From IMG/VR virus record IMGVR_UViG_3300011116_001227: DNA of 64,000 bases, one strand, 5' to 3'. This DNA is from a virus (lineage: Duplodnaviria > Caudoviricetes). Below are positions 18,160 to 28,076 of this stretch, piece by piece. Made by a program: the position numbers and the translations under genes. Under the pieces are notes generated by a model. The model was not told the DNA's origin. It searched no databases and worked only from the letters and a program-made list of their open reading frames with translations. Within the stretch, counting starts at the first letter, position 1; every line of letters begins with the position of its first letter.

Positions 18160-20097
18160 ATGAGCAGCATCAAGAAACAACTATTACAACAAATCAAGTC
18201 GGCGAGAGAAGAATCTAGTAAGATCAAGAAGTTCTCAGGTAACCTGATGGACTACATCGAAATGGTCGAAAAGGATCCAACAATTGTCAAGTCGTCACAC
18301 AAACGCCTCCACGATGCAATCGAGGAACACGGCTCATACGTGATGCCTGACTCTGATTCTCGTAAGTTCAAGATATTCGACGGCGAATCAATCAAGATCC
18401 ACAAGTACTTCGAAGGTGAGTTCTTCGGAATGGAGACTGTCATCGAAAAGGTCATGAGCTTCTTGTCTTCCGCGGCTCACAAGGGTGAAGAATCTCGTCA
18501 GGTCCTCTTACTCATGGGTCCTGTCGGTGCAGGCAAGTCAGCATTAACAGAGCACATCAAAAAGGCTCTCGAAGGAAAGAAGTACTACACCCTCAAGGGA
18601 GATCCTCACCGCGGTGAACCTCTACAACTCATCCCACGTTCTCTTCGCCCATCAGTCGAAGCAGCCCTCAATGTGAAGATTGATGGTGATATCTCTCCAA
18701 TCGCTCGTCACAAGCTTCTCAATGACTACGAAGGTAAGTACGAGAACTTTGAGGTCGAGGAAGTTACATTCTCTCAGCGCGGTCGTCGTGGTGTTGCTTC
18801 TGTTCCTCCAATGGATGCAAACTCTCAGGACGTCTCGGTCCTCATCGGTTCAGTCGACATCTCAAAGCTCGACAAGTTCGCTGAGGATGATCCACGATCT
18901 CTATCACTCAACGGCGCATTCAACGTCGGTAACCGTGGTGTTGTCGAGCTCGTCGAGGTCTTCAAGAATGAGATTGAGTTCCTCCACACCATCATCACAG
19001 CAACACAGGAAAAGCGAGTCCCATCTCCTGGTAAGTCAGACATGCTTCACTTCGACGGTGTCATCCTAGCACACTGCAACGAGGCTGAGTGGAATCGCTT
19101 CCAGTCTGAACACACCAATGAAGCCATCATGGACCGCATTGTGAAGATCTCCGTTCCTTACTGCCTTGAGCTAAACCAGGAAGTCAAGATCTACGAGAAG
19201 ATGCTCGGTAAGTCTGACTTCAAGGCTCACATCGCACCACACACCCTCAAGATAGCTTCTATGTTCTCAGTCATGTCTCGTCTCAAGGAATCTGCTAAGT
19301 GCGATCCTCTAACAAAGATGAAGATCTACAACGGCGAAGAAGTCCTCGAGAAGGGAAGAGTTCGTAAGGTGGACATCAGGGACCTTAGGGAAGAAGCCAA
19401 ACATGAAGGCCTCGATGGCATCTCTACTCGCTTCATCACCAAGGCCCTTGACAATGCTCTCACAGCATCCGACAAGGGAATGATCACACCAATCTCAGTG
19501 ATGGATTCTCTGACCAAGATGGTCAAGGAGCAACTAGTCGATGAAAGCTTCAAGACAAAGTGTCTCGAATTACTCCAGAAGACGATCCGCGAGGAGTACC
19601 TCAAAATACTTGAGACTGAGATCGCAAAGGCGTTTATCGCGGCGTACGAAGAGCAGGCTCAGTCGCTTTTTGATTCTTATCTTGATAACGCTGAAGCTTA
19701 TACAACTCGTGCAAAACTCAAGGACAGAGTTACTAAGGAAGAGCGTAAACCAGACGAAGGATTCATGGCGTCAATCGAAGAACAAATTGGTGTCACAGGA
19801 TCTTCCCGAGACGGATTCCGTTCAGACGTCACAGCCTACATGTTCGCCAAGATGAGAAGAGGGGAAAAGGTCTCCTACAAGACCTACGAACCTCTCAAGA
19901 ACGCCATCGAGTGTTTCCTCATCTCTTCAGTTCGTTCAATGGCCCGCATCGTGACCAAGTCCAAGACTCGCGATGAGGATCAAACAAAGAAGTACAACGA
20001 AATGATCGAGACTATGGTGAAAGATTATGGCTACACTGCAGAATCCGCAGAGGAAATTTTGGCGTTTGCGTCAAATAATTTGTGGCGTGACAGCTAA
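18160..20097 (+). CDS. prkA: PrkA/YeaG family AAA+ serine kinase/ATPase
   Basis: FFGME, GPVGAGKS, DVSVLIG, GNRGVVELVEVFK, EAIMDRI, IAPHTL, GLDGISTRF. Confidence 0.92.
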   Translation: MSSIKKQLLQQIKSAREESSKIKKFSGNLMDYIEMVEKDPTIVKSSHKRLHDAIEEHGSYVMPDSDSRKFKIFDGESIKIHKYFEGEFFGMETVIEKVMSFLSSAAHKGEESRQVLLLMGPVGAGKSALTEHIKKALEGKKYYTLKGDPHRGEPLQLIPRSLRPSVEAALNVKIDGDISPIARHKLLNDYEGKYENFEVEEVTFSQRGRRGVASVPPMDANSQDVSVLIGSVDISKLDKFAEDDPRSLSLNGAFNVGNRGVVELVEVFKNEIEFLHTIITATQEKRVPSPGKSDMLHFDGVILAHCNEAEWNRFQSEHTNEAIMDRIVKISVPYCLELNQEVKIYEKMLGKSDFKAHIAPHTLKIASMFSVMSRLKESAKCDPLTKMKIYNGEEVLEKGRVRKVDIRDLREEAKHEGLDGISTRFITKALDNALTASDKGMITPISVMDSLTKMVKEQLVDESFKTKCLELLQKTIREEYLKILETEIAKAFIAAYEEQAQSLFDSYLDNAEAYTTRAKLKDRVTKEERKPDEGFMASIEEQIGVTGSSRDGFRSDVTAYMFAKMRRGEKVSYKTYEPLKNAIECFLISSVRSMARIVTKSKTRDEDQTKKYNEMIETMVKDYGYTAESAEEILAFASNNLWRDS

Positions 20098-20146
20098 CAT
20101 TATTCACTGCTAACTTAACAATTTAAGTGTGTCGCATATTTAATTC

Positions 20147-20968
20147 ATGCGGCACATTTATACATTTAAGAACTTAGTGAATGGCAAAATTTACGTTGGA
20201 CAAACTAAACATCCTGAAAGAAGGGAACTAGAACATCTTATAAGCGCAAAAGAAGGTGTTGAAGGAAGGCTGTATTGGGCAATTAGAAAACACGGAGAAG
20301 AAAACTTTTTATTTGAAGTAATAGAGAATTGTGAAGATGATATCACAAATCAAAGAGAAGAATTTTGGATAACCCATTTTGATTCTTTCGAAAACGGTTA
20401 TAATTCAACGACTGGTGGAGATCATTATAAACTTTCAGATGAAGCAAAGAAAAAAATTGGTGATAGATTCCGTGGCAAACATCTTTCCGAAGAGCACAAA
20501 CAAAAGCTTCGGGAAGCCAATAAAGGTAAAATACCCCCATGCTACGAAGAGACTCGTCGGAAACGATCTGAGTCTATGAAGGGTAAAAACACGGGACCAA
20601 AATCAGAAGAGCATAGAAAGAAGTTGTCTGAAGCTCATTGTGGAAAAAAGTTATCAGATGAACATAAAGAAAAACTTCGCAACAAACCCGTTTCCGAAGA
20701 AACAAGACAAAAAATATCCGAGGCCGGGAAAGGAAGAATTGTTTCAGAAGAAACTCGTCGTAAAAAGTCCGAGTCGATGAAGGGAAAGAAGTTCGGTTCT
20801 CCTTCACAAGAAACTATCGAAAAAAGAACTGCAAAAACTAGAGATAGAAAGAGAACGGAAGAACAAAAACAAAGAATGCGCGATGGATGGGCTCGAAAAC
20901 GTGAAGAAAAACAAAGGTTATTAGAGGAACAATGCTTACAAGAAACGTCTCTAGATAAACTCAAATAA
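20147..20968 (+). mobile_element. free-standing GIY-YIG homing endonuclease with NUMOD3 repeats
   Basis: HIYTFKNLVNGKIYVGQT...R...H...GYN; repeated SEEHKQKL/SEETRRKKS-x-GK units. Confidence 0.88.
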
Positions 20969-21109
20969 TCGGGCCGAGGTTTGCTTATTTGTTTTTATTT
21001 TTTAATTGCTTAAAGAGATACACGACGCCCGGTATCACAAATGTCCATGGCGTCAGCAACAAGATGGATACTATGATACCACGAAAGTTCATATTCTAAA
21101 TAAGGCACA

Positions 21110-21271
21110 TCAGAACTTCTTTACGACAATTCCAAACTTTTCTAGATCGTCAATATTAAAAGCGAACCATCGCTCAAGAGACTTGTCCCAAGCATTTACT
21201 GTTTTTTCATTGAGCATTTCTTTAAAAGTACAAATTGACTGCGTCTGCCTTCCGCTAACTTTCTTAGACAC
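21110..21271 (-). pseudogene. partial duplicate of the C-terminal half of ORF 22217..22525
   Basis: VSKK..QSICTFKEMLNE.TVN.WDK.LERWFAF.I..LEKFGIVVKKF shared over 54 codons; upstream homology is lost at a GC hairpin. Confidence 0.65.
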
Positions 21272-21291
21272 ATTATAGCTCTTGATAAACG

Positions 21292-21318
21292 AGGCCGGGT
21301 TAACCGGCCTTATTTTTT
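21292..21318 (+). terminator. intrinsic terminator candidate
   Basis: AGGCCGG-GTTAA-CCGGCCT followed by TATTTTTT. Confidence 0.55.
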
Positions 21319-21520
21319 CTATTTTTAATAAGATAGTAAAGTGTTGCAAAAACAAGGGTCCAAGGGACCATACCCACGAGAATCATTGCTTTGATCATCT
21401 TGATTTCTTGAAGTTCGTATATAAATTATTTAAAAACTTTAAGAAGAGACCAAGAATGGAACATTGAAGCATAAGTATTTATGCTGATCAATTAAATTAT
21501 TATTTGGAGGACCGTTAGCA

Positions 21521-22210
21521 ATGAAAAGAGACAAAGGTTTAAGAATTATTCTTGTGTCTTTTGCTATCGCTTTGATGGGATGTGTTTGTTCTGCAACTCA
21601 AGTTCCCCGGTCACAAAATGCTAGAAAACGTTTTGTTGAGAGTATTGAAGAAAAAACTGTTGCTCTTACTGAAGTCGATAAAAGAGGCAACATTACACCT
21701 TACTGTAGCGGCGTGTGGGTATCAGAGAACAAGATTGTCACAGCAGCACACTGCACAGAAGACAGAGATATTATAATCTACATAACAAAAAAAGATTTGA
21801 ACAAAGGAGATCTGCAGCTTCGTCTCTCGGCAAAATTAAAATCTGACGAAAGCAGCGATTTGGCAATTTTGTTGACAGATCCTGGAAGTACTCCAAAACA
21901 TAAGTCTGCTAGAATAATTTCTGACAGCGATGTGTGGTCTGGAAAGAAGCTGTATATTATGGGTCACACTGCTGGAATGTGGTGGACGTATACTGAAGGC
22001 GTGATTTCTTCTAGCGTTAGATCTATGTACGACGAAGGCCGCACTCCATCAATTCAAGTTTCTGCGCCTATTTGGCTTGGAAATTCTGGCGGCGGCGCGT
22101 TTGATGAGAACGGCGACCTCGTCGGTATTTGTTCGTGGATTTCAGTAAAAGGACCCAACTTGGCATTTTTAATGCCGCCAGAGGCTATTGTAAAGATCTT
22201 AGGGAAATAA
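21521..22210 (+). CDS. secreted/membrane trypsin-like serine protease
   Basis: N-terminal hydrophobic signal; TAAHC, DLAIL, GNSGGG triad motifs. Confidence 0.88.
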   Translation: MKRDKGLRIILVSFAIALMGCVCSATQVPRSQNARKRFVESIEEKTVALTEVDKRGNITPYCSGVWVSENKIVTAAHCTEDRDIIIYITKKDLNKGDLQLRLSAKLKSDESSDLAILLTDPGSTPKHKSARIISDSDVWSGKKLYIMGHTAGMWWTYTEGVISSSVRSMYDEGRTPSIQVSAPIWLGNSGGGAFDENGDLVGICSWISVKGPNLAFLMPPEAIVKILGK

Positions 22211-22216
22211 GTTTGT

Positions 22217-22525
22217 TTAAAACTTTTTAACGACAATACCGAACTTTTCTAGTTCGTTGATGTCAAAAGCAAACCATCTTTCGAGAGTTTTGTCCCATGA
22301 GTTTACTGTGTTCTCGTTCAGCATTTCTTTAAACGTGCAGATAGATTGATGCTGTTTTCCTCCGACTTTTTTTGAAACCATAAAATCTTGACCCAGCTCT
22401 ACAGACCACTTACCTTCTACTACGGCATCAGTCAAACGATTTGGATCGATTTTCGTTCGAGGCTTTCTCTGCTCTTTTACCTTGGGCTTCTTTTCTTTGA
22501 TTTCTTCTTTTCTCTTAATCGTCAT
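22217..22525 (-). CDS. hypothetical basic protein
   Basis: Lys-rich N-terminus; has a partial paralog at 21110. Confidence 0.6.
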   Translation of the reverse strand: MTIKRKEEIKEKKPKVKEQRKPRTKIDPNRLTDAVVEGKWSVELGQDFMVSKKVGGKQHQSICTFKEMLNENTVNSWDKTLERWFAFDINELEKFGIVVKKF

Positions 22526-22931
22526 GTTTTGTTAACCATTTATAGTAAAGTGTCAGGGCATGATCTTTAGGACAGACATCAGGAATTTTTCCGAGAACAA
22601 AAATATCCCATGCAGCTGCACCGTAATCGCCAATTCCGGGCAGTTCTTTTGCGTGCTTCCAATTTGTCTTTAAATAATTCTTTGATAAATTAATGAGTGT
22701 AATTGCCCTTTTATTTTTAAAACCTAGCGGTGCAATGACAGAAGTAAGCTGCGATAAATTGCAGTTCGACATTGACTGCACTGTTGGGCACAATTTAAAC
22801 AAGCTTGGAAGAATTTTTTCAACTTGCTTCCTTGTCGTCCTGTTAAGAAGAACACACACAATTAAAATTTTCCAATTGTTTGGCCACAAATCTTCTTGTA
22901 TAAGACAGTACGGCGATCTGGGCGGAGGCAT
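22515..22931 (-). CDS. MBD4-like HhH-GPD DNA glycosylase domain
   Basis: PPRSPYCLIQE...WKILIVCVLLNRT...LGF...RA...LPGIGDYG follows the MBD4 catalytic domain. Confidence 0.8.
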   Translation of the reverse strand: MPPPRSPYCLIQEDLWPNNWKILIVCVLLNRTTRKQVEKILPSLFKLCPTVQSMSNCNLSQLTSVIAPLGFKNKRAITLINLSKNYLKTNWKHAKELPGIGDYGAAAWDIFVLGKIPDVCPKDHALTLYYKWLTKHDD

Positions 22932-22934
22932 ACT

Positions 22935-24011
22935 TCACTTGATCTTATCAAGATCAGACGCACTTTTGATTGGCATGAATCGATCTTTTCTGTTAACTTC
23001 TACGAATTGAGTCTGAAATACTTCAGACAATTGTTGAAGAAGCCTTTCATGTTGAATGACTAACTGATTGTTAACATTCTTCTTGACTCTATGCCAAGAC
23101 CAGTGAATTCCTTCAAACGGCAGATTTGCATTGAAGATCATTGTGTTTGTGTTTAGCCATTCAAACTGGTCTAGATCTGTCTCATAAGACATTCTAAAGC
23201 TTTCAACAATTTGATTGACTCCTTCGTGAACACACAGAAATCCTCCCTTGTCTTCTGGATTTCTTTTCACGACTTCACACGTCACAGACGCTTTGTTGTT
23301 GTGATGAAGACCTACGATTTTTTCGTCAGGATACGCAAGAACGTTGTCTACGTTCGAAACATAGATATATTTTCCACCCTCAGATAAAAATTTAGAAATT
23401 AGACCTGAGTGTTGAAGAGCTGGAACGACATCTCCGTGGCCACAAGGATAAAAATTTGGCTTTCCGTCGGCTGTTAAAGAAATTTGATTGTCAGGTGTCA
23501 GGCGTATAGATTCGTATTGCTCGATAATCTCTATACCGTCTCTCATTAAATTCTTGCTTGTCAGATGCTGTTTAACAAGGTCAACGAGATCGTGACTCAC
23601 CATTATCCACACATTTTTTATATGTGTCGACTGCTTCAATTTACGTGTGATTAGTGTGTCTGTCGTACCAGGTATTTCTAGCAAACACTTTGGTCTTCCT
23701 ATTCTTGTTCCCGCTCCACCGGCCAAAATACAGAACGCAACAGAATTGTCTTTTAACAGGCTCTCTCCTTGGCGTGCAAGATCTATACTCAATTCATCGT
23801 GAATGATAACGTCAGATCTTTTAACATTCTCAGGAGTGTCTACTGTGTAGTCCTTCGGATTTAAGACAAGTGTTATTAAATCCTGAATGTCAAGTCCACC
23901 AAATTTAGAAGCTCTGTCTAAGTCTTCTTGTGAAAGACTCTCGAGTTGATTTTGTAAATTAAGTAAAAATCCTGGGTATTTTTGTCGCACTGTAGCGCAT
24001 ACAGTACACAA
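22935..24011 (-). CDS. UDP-sugar pyrophosphorylase (UDPGP/UAP family)
   Basis: LAGGAGTRIGRPK, PCGHGDV, SNVDNVL, EDKGG, NTNTMIF, RFMPIKS. Confidence 0.85.
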   Translation of the reverse strand: MCTVCATVRQKYPGFLLNLQNQLESLSQEDLDRASKFGGLDIQDLITLVLNPKDYTVDTPENVKRSDVIIHDELSIDLARQGESLLKDNSVAFCILAGGAGTRIGRPKCLLEIPGTTDTLITRKLKQSTHIKNVWIMVSHDLVDLVKQHLTSKNLMRDGIEIIEQYESIRLTPDNQISLTADGKPNFYPCGHGDVVPALQHSGLISKFLSEGGKYIYVSNVDNVLAYPDEKIVGLHHNNKASVTCEVVKRNPEDKGGFLCVHEGVNQIVESFRMSYETDLDQFEWLNTNTMIFNANLPFEGIHWSWHRVKKNVNNQLVIQHERLLQQLSEVFQTQFVEVNRKDRFMPIKSASDLDKIK

Positions 24012-24145
24012 AAAAAATGTTTAGTATAAATCGTGCGTCAAAAGACGAGAGAATTAATTTAGATTGAACGAGCAACTAAAAGCTGCGTTTACAACCAATA
24101 TATTTGTCGAAAAATACGACTAATTCTCTGTAAGAAAAATCTTTT

Positions 24146-25225
24146 ATGAACAATTTTTTTGCAATATTTGGAATTGTCTCAACGGCAATTGTCTCTATTT
24201 GGGCGACGCTAAAATATCTTGTGTTGGGTACTTACAAGATCGACAACGATACTAGCAAAAGACTAGTAGAACTAATACAAGCTGAATCAACATTTAACTG
24301 GGTATTGACTGGTGAGCACGTAGTAGAGCCACGTTATCCAGATGTCTATGAAGCGATAGTTCAATTGAAAGGTGCACTGTTTTATATTTCTCGAGGAGAG
24401 AGACTTCTTACAGCTGGTTGGAAGGGTAAAGAAGAATTAACGCACGTTATCTTTCCAAGATGGCATCGAAAAAGAATTCTAGAAATTATCAAGAGAAACA
24501 GTCTTGACGCACCTTCAATACCTGTCATGGCACTTACACCGCATGGAACAGACAGACTTGGAGAGCTTAGCATAAATCCTGATGCAACGCCGATCTTAGA
24601 AGAAAGAGTGTGCGGCGACATAGAGAAAGATGTAAAAAAAGTTATAGACGGCGAGAAGAGCAAAACAGGGTTTTTGTTGTACGGTCCACCGGGTAACGGT
24701 AAGACGCAATTTATAAAGTATCTTGCTAAAAAATACTCTTTGCCAATCTATGTCGTGTACTTAAATCCTGACTACAACAATCTAGACATCGCAATTATGT
24801 TTTCTTCTATTCCTAAAAGATCTTTAGTCTTGATGGAAGACTTTGACAACTACTTCGATGGCAGATCTTGCATTATGAAAAATGATCAAGTCAAATTTAC
24901 GTTTGACGCGTTTATTAATTCGCTTGATGGCGTTCACAATGACTACAAACAAGTAATCTTTGCAATGACAGCTAATGACATTAAAAAGATTGATTCTTCT
25001 TTGTCGACAAGACCTTCTCGTTTTAAGTTTGTCCGTGAATTTGGACCACCGTCAGAAGAAGTAAGAAAATCTATCCTCGGTGATGACAATCTCGTTAAGA
25101 TGACGAAGGATCTATCTCTTGACGCCGTATTCAATTACCAGACTTTATCTTCGACACTACACCGTCGTACCAAATCTCGAGGCTCTTCCGGAAAGGCCAC
25201 ATCCAAAAATAGTTCGCGGAAGTGA
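24146..25225 (+). CDS. BCS1-like AAA+ ATPase with N-terminal TM
   Basis: GFLLYGPPGNGKT, LMEDFD, FINSLDG, MTAN, RPSRF. Confidence 0.82.
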   Translation: MNNFFAIFGIVSTAIVSIWATLKYLVLGTYKIDNDTSKRLVELIQAESTFNWVLTGEHVVEPRYPDVYEAIVQLKGALFYISRGERLLTAGWKGKEELTHVIFPRWHRKRILEIIKRNSLDAPSIPVMALTPHGTDRLGELSINPDATPILEERVCGDIEKDVKKVIDGEKSKTGFLLYGPPGNGKTQFIKYLAKKYSLPIYVVYLNPDYNNLDIAIMFSSIPKRSLVLMEDFDNYFDGRSCIMKNDQVKFTFDAFINSLDGVHNDYKQVIFAMTANDIKKIDSSLSTRPSRFKFVREFGPPSEEVRKSILGDDNLVKMTKDLSLDAVFNYQTLSSTLHRRTKSRGSSGKATSKNSSRK

Positions 25226-25676
25226 ACTGAGAAAGAATAAATTCTTTATTTGAAGGAGTAAAAGCTTTCTCACCAAGATATTCATACAACGCCCTCATGC
25301 TCTCTTCGTATGCCTCTTGTTCAAACTTCTTGCGGAAGTAAGCCAAGCCTCCAGGAAGCGGGAACAACAGATACAAGAAAGAAAAAAGAAGCCTTCCATA
25401 CTTCTTGGCCTGCCTCATGTGGATTCTCTCGTGTCGGATAATCTCTGATTTCGATGCAAGACTGTTATCTTGCCAAGAATCATGAACATAGACTTTGGTA
25501 CCAATTGTAGTGATGAAACCTGTCATAAACTTGTTCATCTGACCGAAGGTGAGGACCTTAAGACAGATGTCGATCAACTTCATGAGCTTTGAGTCAGACT
25601 TCTTAATGATGCCAAAGTCAGGAAATTCTTTCTTGACTTCTACTAGCAACGTTTCATAATCATATAAATTTGGCAT
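25131..25676 (-). CDS. HExxH zinc-metallopeptidase-like membrane protein
   Basis: IIRHERIHMRQ, TM segment, FEQEAY third ligand. Confidence 0.6.
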   Translation of the reverse strand: MPNLYDYETLLVEVKKEFPDFGIIKKSDSKLMKLIDICLKVLTFGQMNKFMTGFITTIGTKVYVHDSWQDNSLASKSEIIRHERIHMRQAKKYGRLLFSFLYLLFPLPGGLAYFRKKFEQEAYEESMRALYEYLGEKAFTPSNKEFILSQFTSANYFWMWPFRKSLEIWYDGVVSKIKSGN

Positions 25677-25731
25677 AAGTTAGTAATTAACTAGACCATT
25701 TAGAATTAAAGACGTAAAATTGCGAAGCCTG

Positions 25732-26016
25732 ATGTCTTCAATCAAGAATAAACTTCTTCCGCCTGGTTCTTTAGTCGTGTGTCGACCCGACTCTGATCAA
25801 TTAATTTTGTGGGAGTCTTATGGATGTGATGTTGACGATATCAAAGGTATGGCCAATGTCAATGATATTCTGATCGTGCTTGAAGCAAAAGAAAATTCAT
25901 CTTTTAAAGACGAAAGATTGACCGAAGAATGGCTTCTCGGAGCGTATAAAATTATGACGCCAGAAGGAATTCAAGGCTGGACTGGTGCAGGTTGGGTTGT
26001 TCCGATTACCACCTGA
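25732..26016 (+). CDS. small SH3-like hypothetical protein
   Basis: PPGSLVVC...ILIVLE...YKIMTPEGIQGW. Confidence 0.5.
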   Translation: MSSIKNKLLPPGSLVVCRPDSDQLILWESYGCDVDDIKGMANVNDILIVLEAKENSSFKDERLTEEWLLGAYKIMTPEGIQGWTGAGWVVPITT

Positions 26017-26281
26017 TTCTCAGTTCACCTACCATTCCTGTCGGTTTCACCGGCGCAGGTATTCCAGAGATCTTGGTCAGCAAGACATCAAAATGAAGTT
26101 CGACAGGAGACCTGTAGCCCCCTGACTTCTTCTTCTCGGTGACCAATGGAACACCGATGTTTATTGAAGAGCTCTGTATGCTGAACTTGACAGGAACCGG
26201 TTCAAGGGTGGTTGGATGGGACGAGAAAAATGTTCCACAACCCGAACACAATAACAATAGGGGAATTATTAAAAGCCTCAC
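26006..26281 (-). CDS. putative lipoprotein
   Basis: MRLLIIPLLLLCSGC lipobox-like signal. Confidence 0.5.
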   Translation of the reverse strand: MRLLIIPLLLLCSGCGTFFSSHPTTLEPVPVKFSIQSSSINIGVPLVTEKKKSGGYRSPVELHFDVLLTKISGIPAPVKPTGMVGELRIRW

Positions 26282-26295
26282 CTAGGCTAAGTATG

Positions 26296-27120
26296 TCACC
26301 CCCACAGGTGTTCAAAGGATCCGGTGAACTTCTCCCAAGAGTCGTCCTTAGTGATAGACTTGAATCCAAATTCTTCAAATGCAGTACGAACATTGTCCCA
26401 ATTCTTAGAAGGAGAAGAAGACGTCATTTGATCTCGTTCTTCGTCTGACCATTCCATGAAGTTAATCAAGTCATAATTCCTTGTAAAAATAGACGCAACT
26501 TCAGGACGAGACAAAAACTCAGAAAGCTTCTCAGGATCTGAAGCCAATTTTTCAGCTGTCTTATCTCCTACGCCTGCAATACCTGGAATATTGTCAGTCG
26601 CATCTCCTCGCAATGCCTTCCACGTGACGTAGGGATAATCTGGTGCTTCGACGAATTCCTTGCGAACAGGATTGTAGAGTTTTAGATTGTCCTTCTCTTG
26701 AAGAAGTTGAATAAAATCAGTGTCTGAAGATGCAATTACCCACGGCACTGCAGAAGAAGAACGCTTAACAAGATTTGCGATAGTGTCGTCACATTCTGAC
26801 GTAGGATGACGGACTACAGACACTGGAAAATAATTAGCAAGAAGCTCTACGATTACATCTTTTTGAGAGAAAAACTTTTGAAGTTCTGCGTATTTTGGAT
26901 CGTCAGCTTCAACAATTCTATTTGCTTTATATTCAGTTAATGCTTCGTGTCGTTTTACGGGTCGGCCTTCGAGAACAACATACACGCGTGTTGGATTAAA
27001 CTGATCTACAAGCGCTTTAAATTGACGAAAAAAATTATAAACAACAGGCGCAGGTCCCATAAGAAAACCGCTGCGAGCTCGATGACATTGATTCATAAAA
27101 TCGATGCAGAGAATAGTCAT
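26296..27120 (-). CDS. 5'-3' exonuclease / flap endonuclease (T4 RNase H / PolA N-domain type)
   Basis: IDFMN, VVLEG, ECDDTI, SSDTDFIQL, LRGDATDNIPGIAGVGDKTA. Confidence 0.9.
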   Translation of the reverse strand: MTILCIDFMNQCHRARSGFLMGPAPVVYNFFRQFKALVDQFNPTRVYVVLEGRPVKRHEALTEYKANRIVEADDPKYAELQKFFSQKDVIVELLANYFPVSVVRHPTSECDDTIANLVKRSSSAVPWVIASSDTDFIQLLQEKDNLKLYNPVRKEFVEAPDYPYVTWKALRGDATDNIPGIAGVGDKTAEKLASDPEKLSEFLSRPEVASIFTRNYDLINFMEWSDEERDQMTSSSPSKNWDNVRTAFEEFGFKSITKDDSWEKFTGSFEHLWG

Positions 27121-27162
27121 ACAACGATACTAACACAGACTTGCGCCAAATTGTCAACAATT

Positions 27163-27762
27163 TTAAATTTTCTTCTTAAAGCCTCTCGACCTTAAATAAA
27201 AATCCATTATTTTTGACTTCGTCTCATCATCGGCTCTGCCCCACTGTAGAAGCACAGAATTTTCCATATCTGAAACTTTTCCTTGAAGACTTTGAACTAC
27301 AGACTCAAGATTCTTTACGACAGTTTCTTCCGGCAATTCAGGAATCTCTATGTCGAGTTCGAGCGCAATTGAAAGAAGCTCTTCGGAATCTTTGCGCTTC
27401 CAGGCATCAGCGGCTCTTTTGTAAGCATCGGTTAAACCAGGATCATTCTTTGTTTTATCTGGGTGTGTAATTGCAGCTATCTTTTTCCAGATTTTTTTAA
27501 TGTCTTCTGGGACATCTGGCTTACCGTCGTCTTGAGGCTGAATCTCTGCAGGCTCATCTGATTTAATAATAATTTCAGGTTGATCTGTACCTTCTTGAGT
27601 CTGTTCATCTTCCATCATCAAATCAGTGATTTGATTCATCATTCTCATAAAATCTTCTGCATAAGAATCCATCTCTTCTTTTCGTTCTTCAACTTCAAGC
27701 TTTAAATGAGCAGCCTTCAGTTTTAAACTTTTCTTTTTTCGACTCTTATTCCAAGATCCCAT
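27163..27762 (-). CDS. J-domain (DnaJ-like) protein
   Basis: IKKIWKKIAAITHPDK...AYKRAADAW with HPD motif. Confidence 0.7.
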   Translation of the reverse strand: MGSWNKSRKKKSLKLKAAHLKLEVEERKEEMDSYAEDFMRMMNQITDLMMEDEQTQEGTDQPEIIIKSDEPAEIQPQDDGKPDVPEDIKKIWKKIAAITHPDKTKNDPGLTDAYKRAADAWKRKDSEELLSIALELDIEIPELPEETVVKNLESVVQSLQGKVSDMENSVLLQWGRADDETKSKIMDFYLRSRGFKKKI

Positions 27763-27771
27763 ATAAAGTAA

Positions 27772-28053
27772 CTAGGTAATCGAAGCACTCGTTTTAGTCA
27801 AAGTACAAATGTTTTCTTGCCACGTCCAACCAGTTCCTCCAGAATTCGTTAAGATTCTAAAAATTTTTTTATTCCCAAACGGAAGTTCAAATATCTCAAT
27901 AACTACACCTATTTCGTCAGGAATCCATTCATTTGGACCAAACTCTGGATGAAACACATCACCGTCAGGAGATCTTTTCCAGATTGTAGAATAAAGATGT
28001 AAATGAACTAGAGGTTTGACCAACTCACCCACTACAACATTGCTACTAGACAT
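27772..28053 (-). CDS. small SH3-like hypothetical protein
   Basis: VVGELVKP...GVVIE...RILTNSGGTGW. Confidence 0.5.
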   Translation of the reverse strand: MSSSNVVVGELVKPLVHLHLYSTIWKRSPDGDVFHPEFGPNEWIPDEIGVVIEIFELPFGNKKIFRILTNSGGTGWTWQENICTLTKTSASIT

Positions 28054-28076
28054 CGTTTAATTTGTCTAACTAGATT

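Noticed and set aside
25131-25225. 95-bp convergent overlap of the AAA ATPase and peptidase genes
   Set aside because: Probably a low-complexity read-through tail of the ATPase; no evidence of function.
26006-26281. Lipoprotein as an o-spanin
   Set aside because: No adjacent i-spanin or lysis genes; left as a generic lipoprotein.
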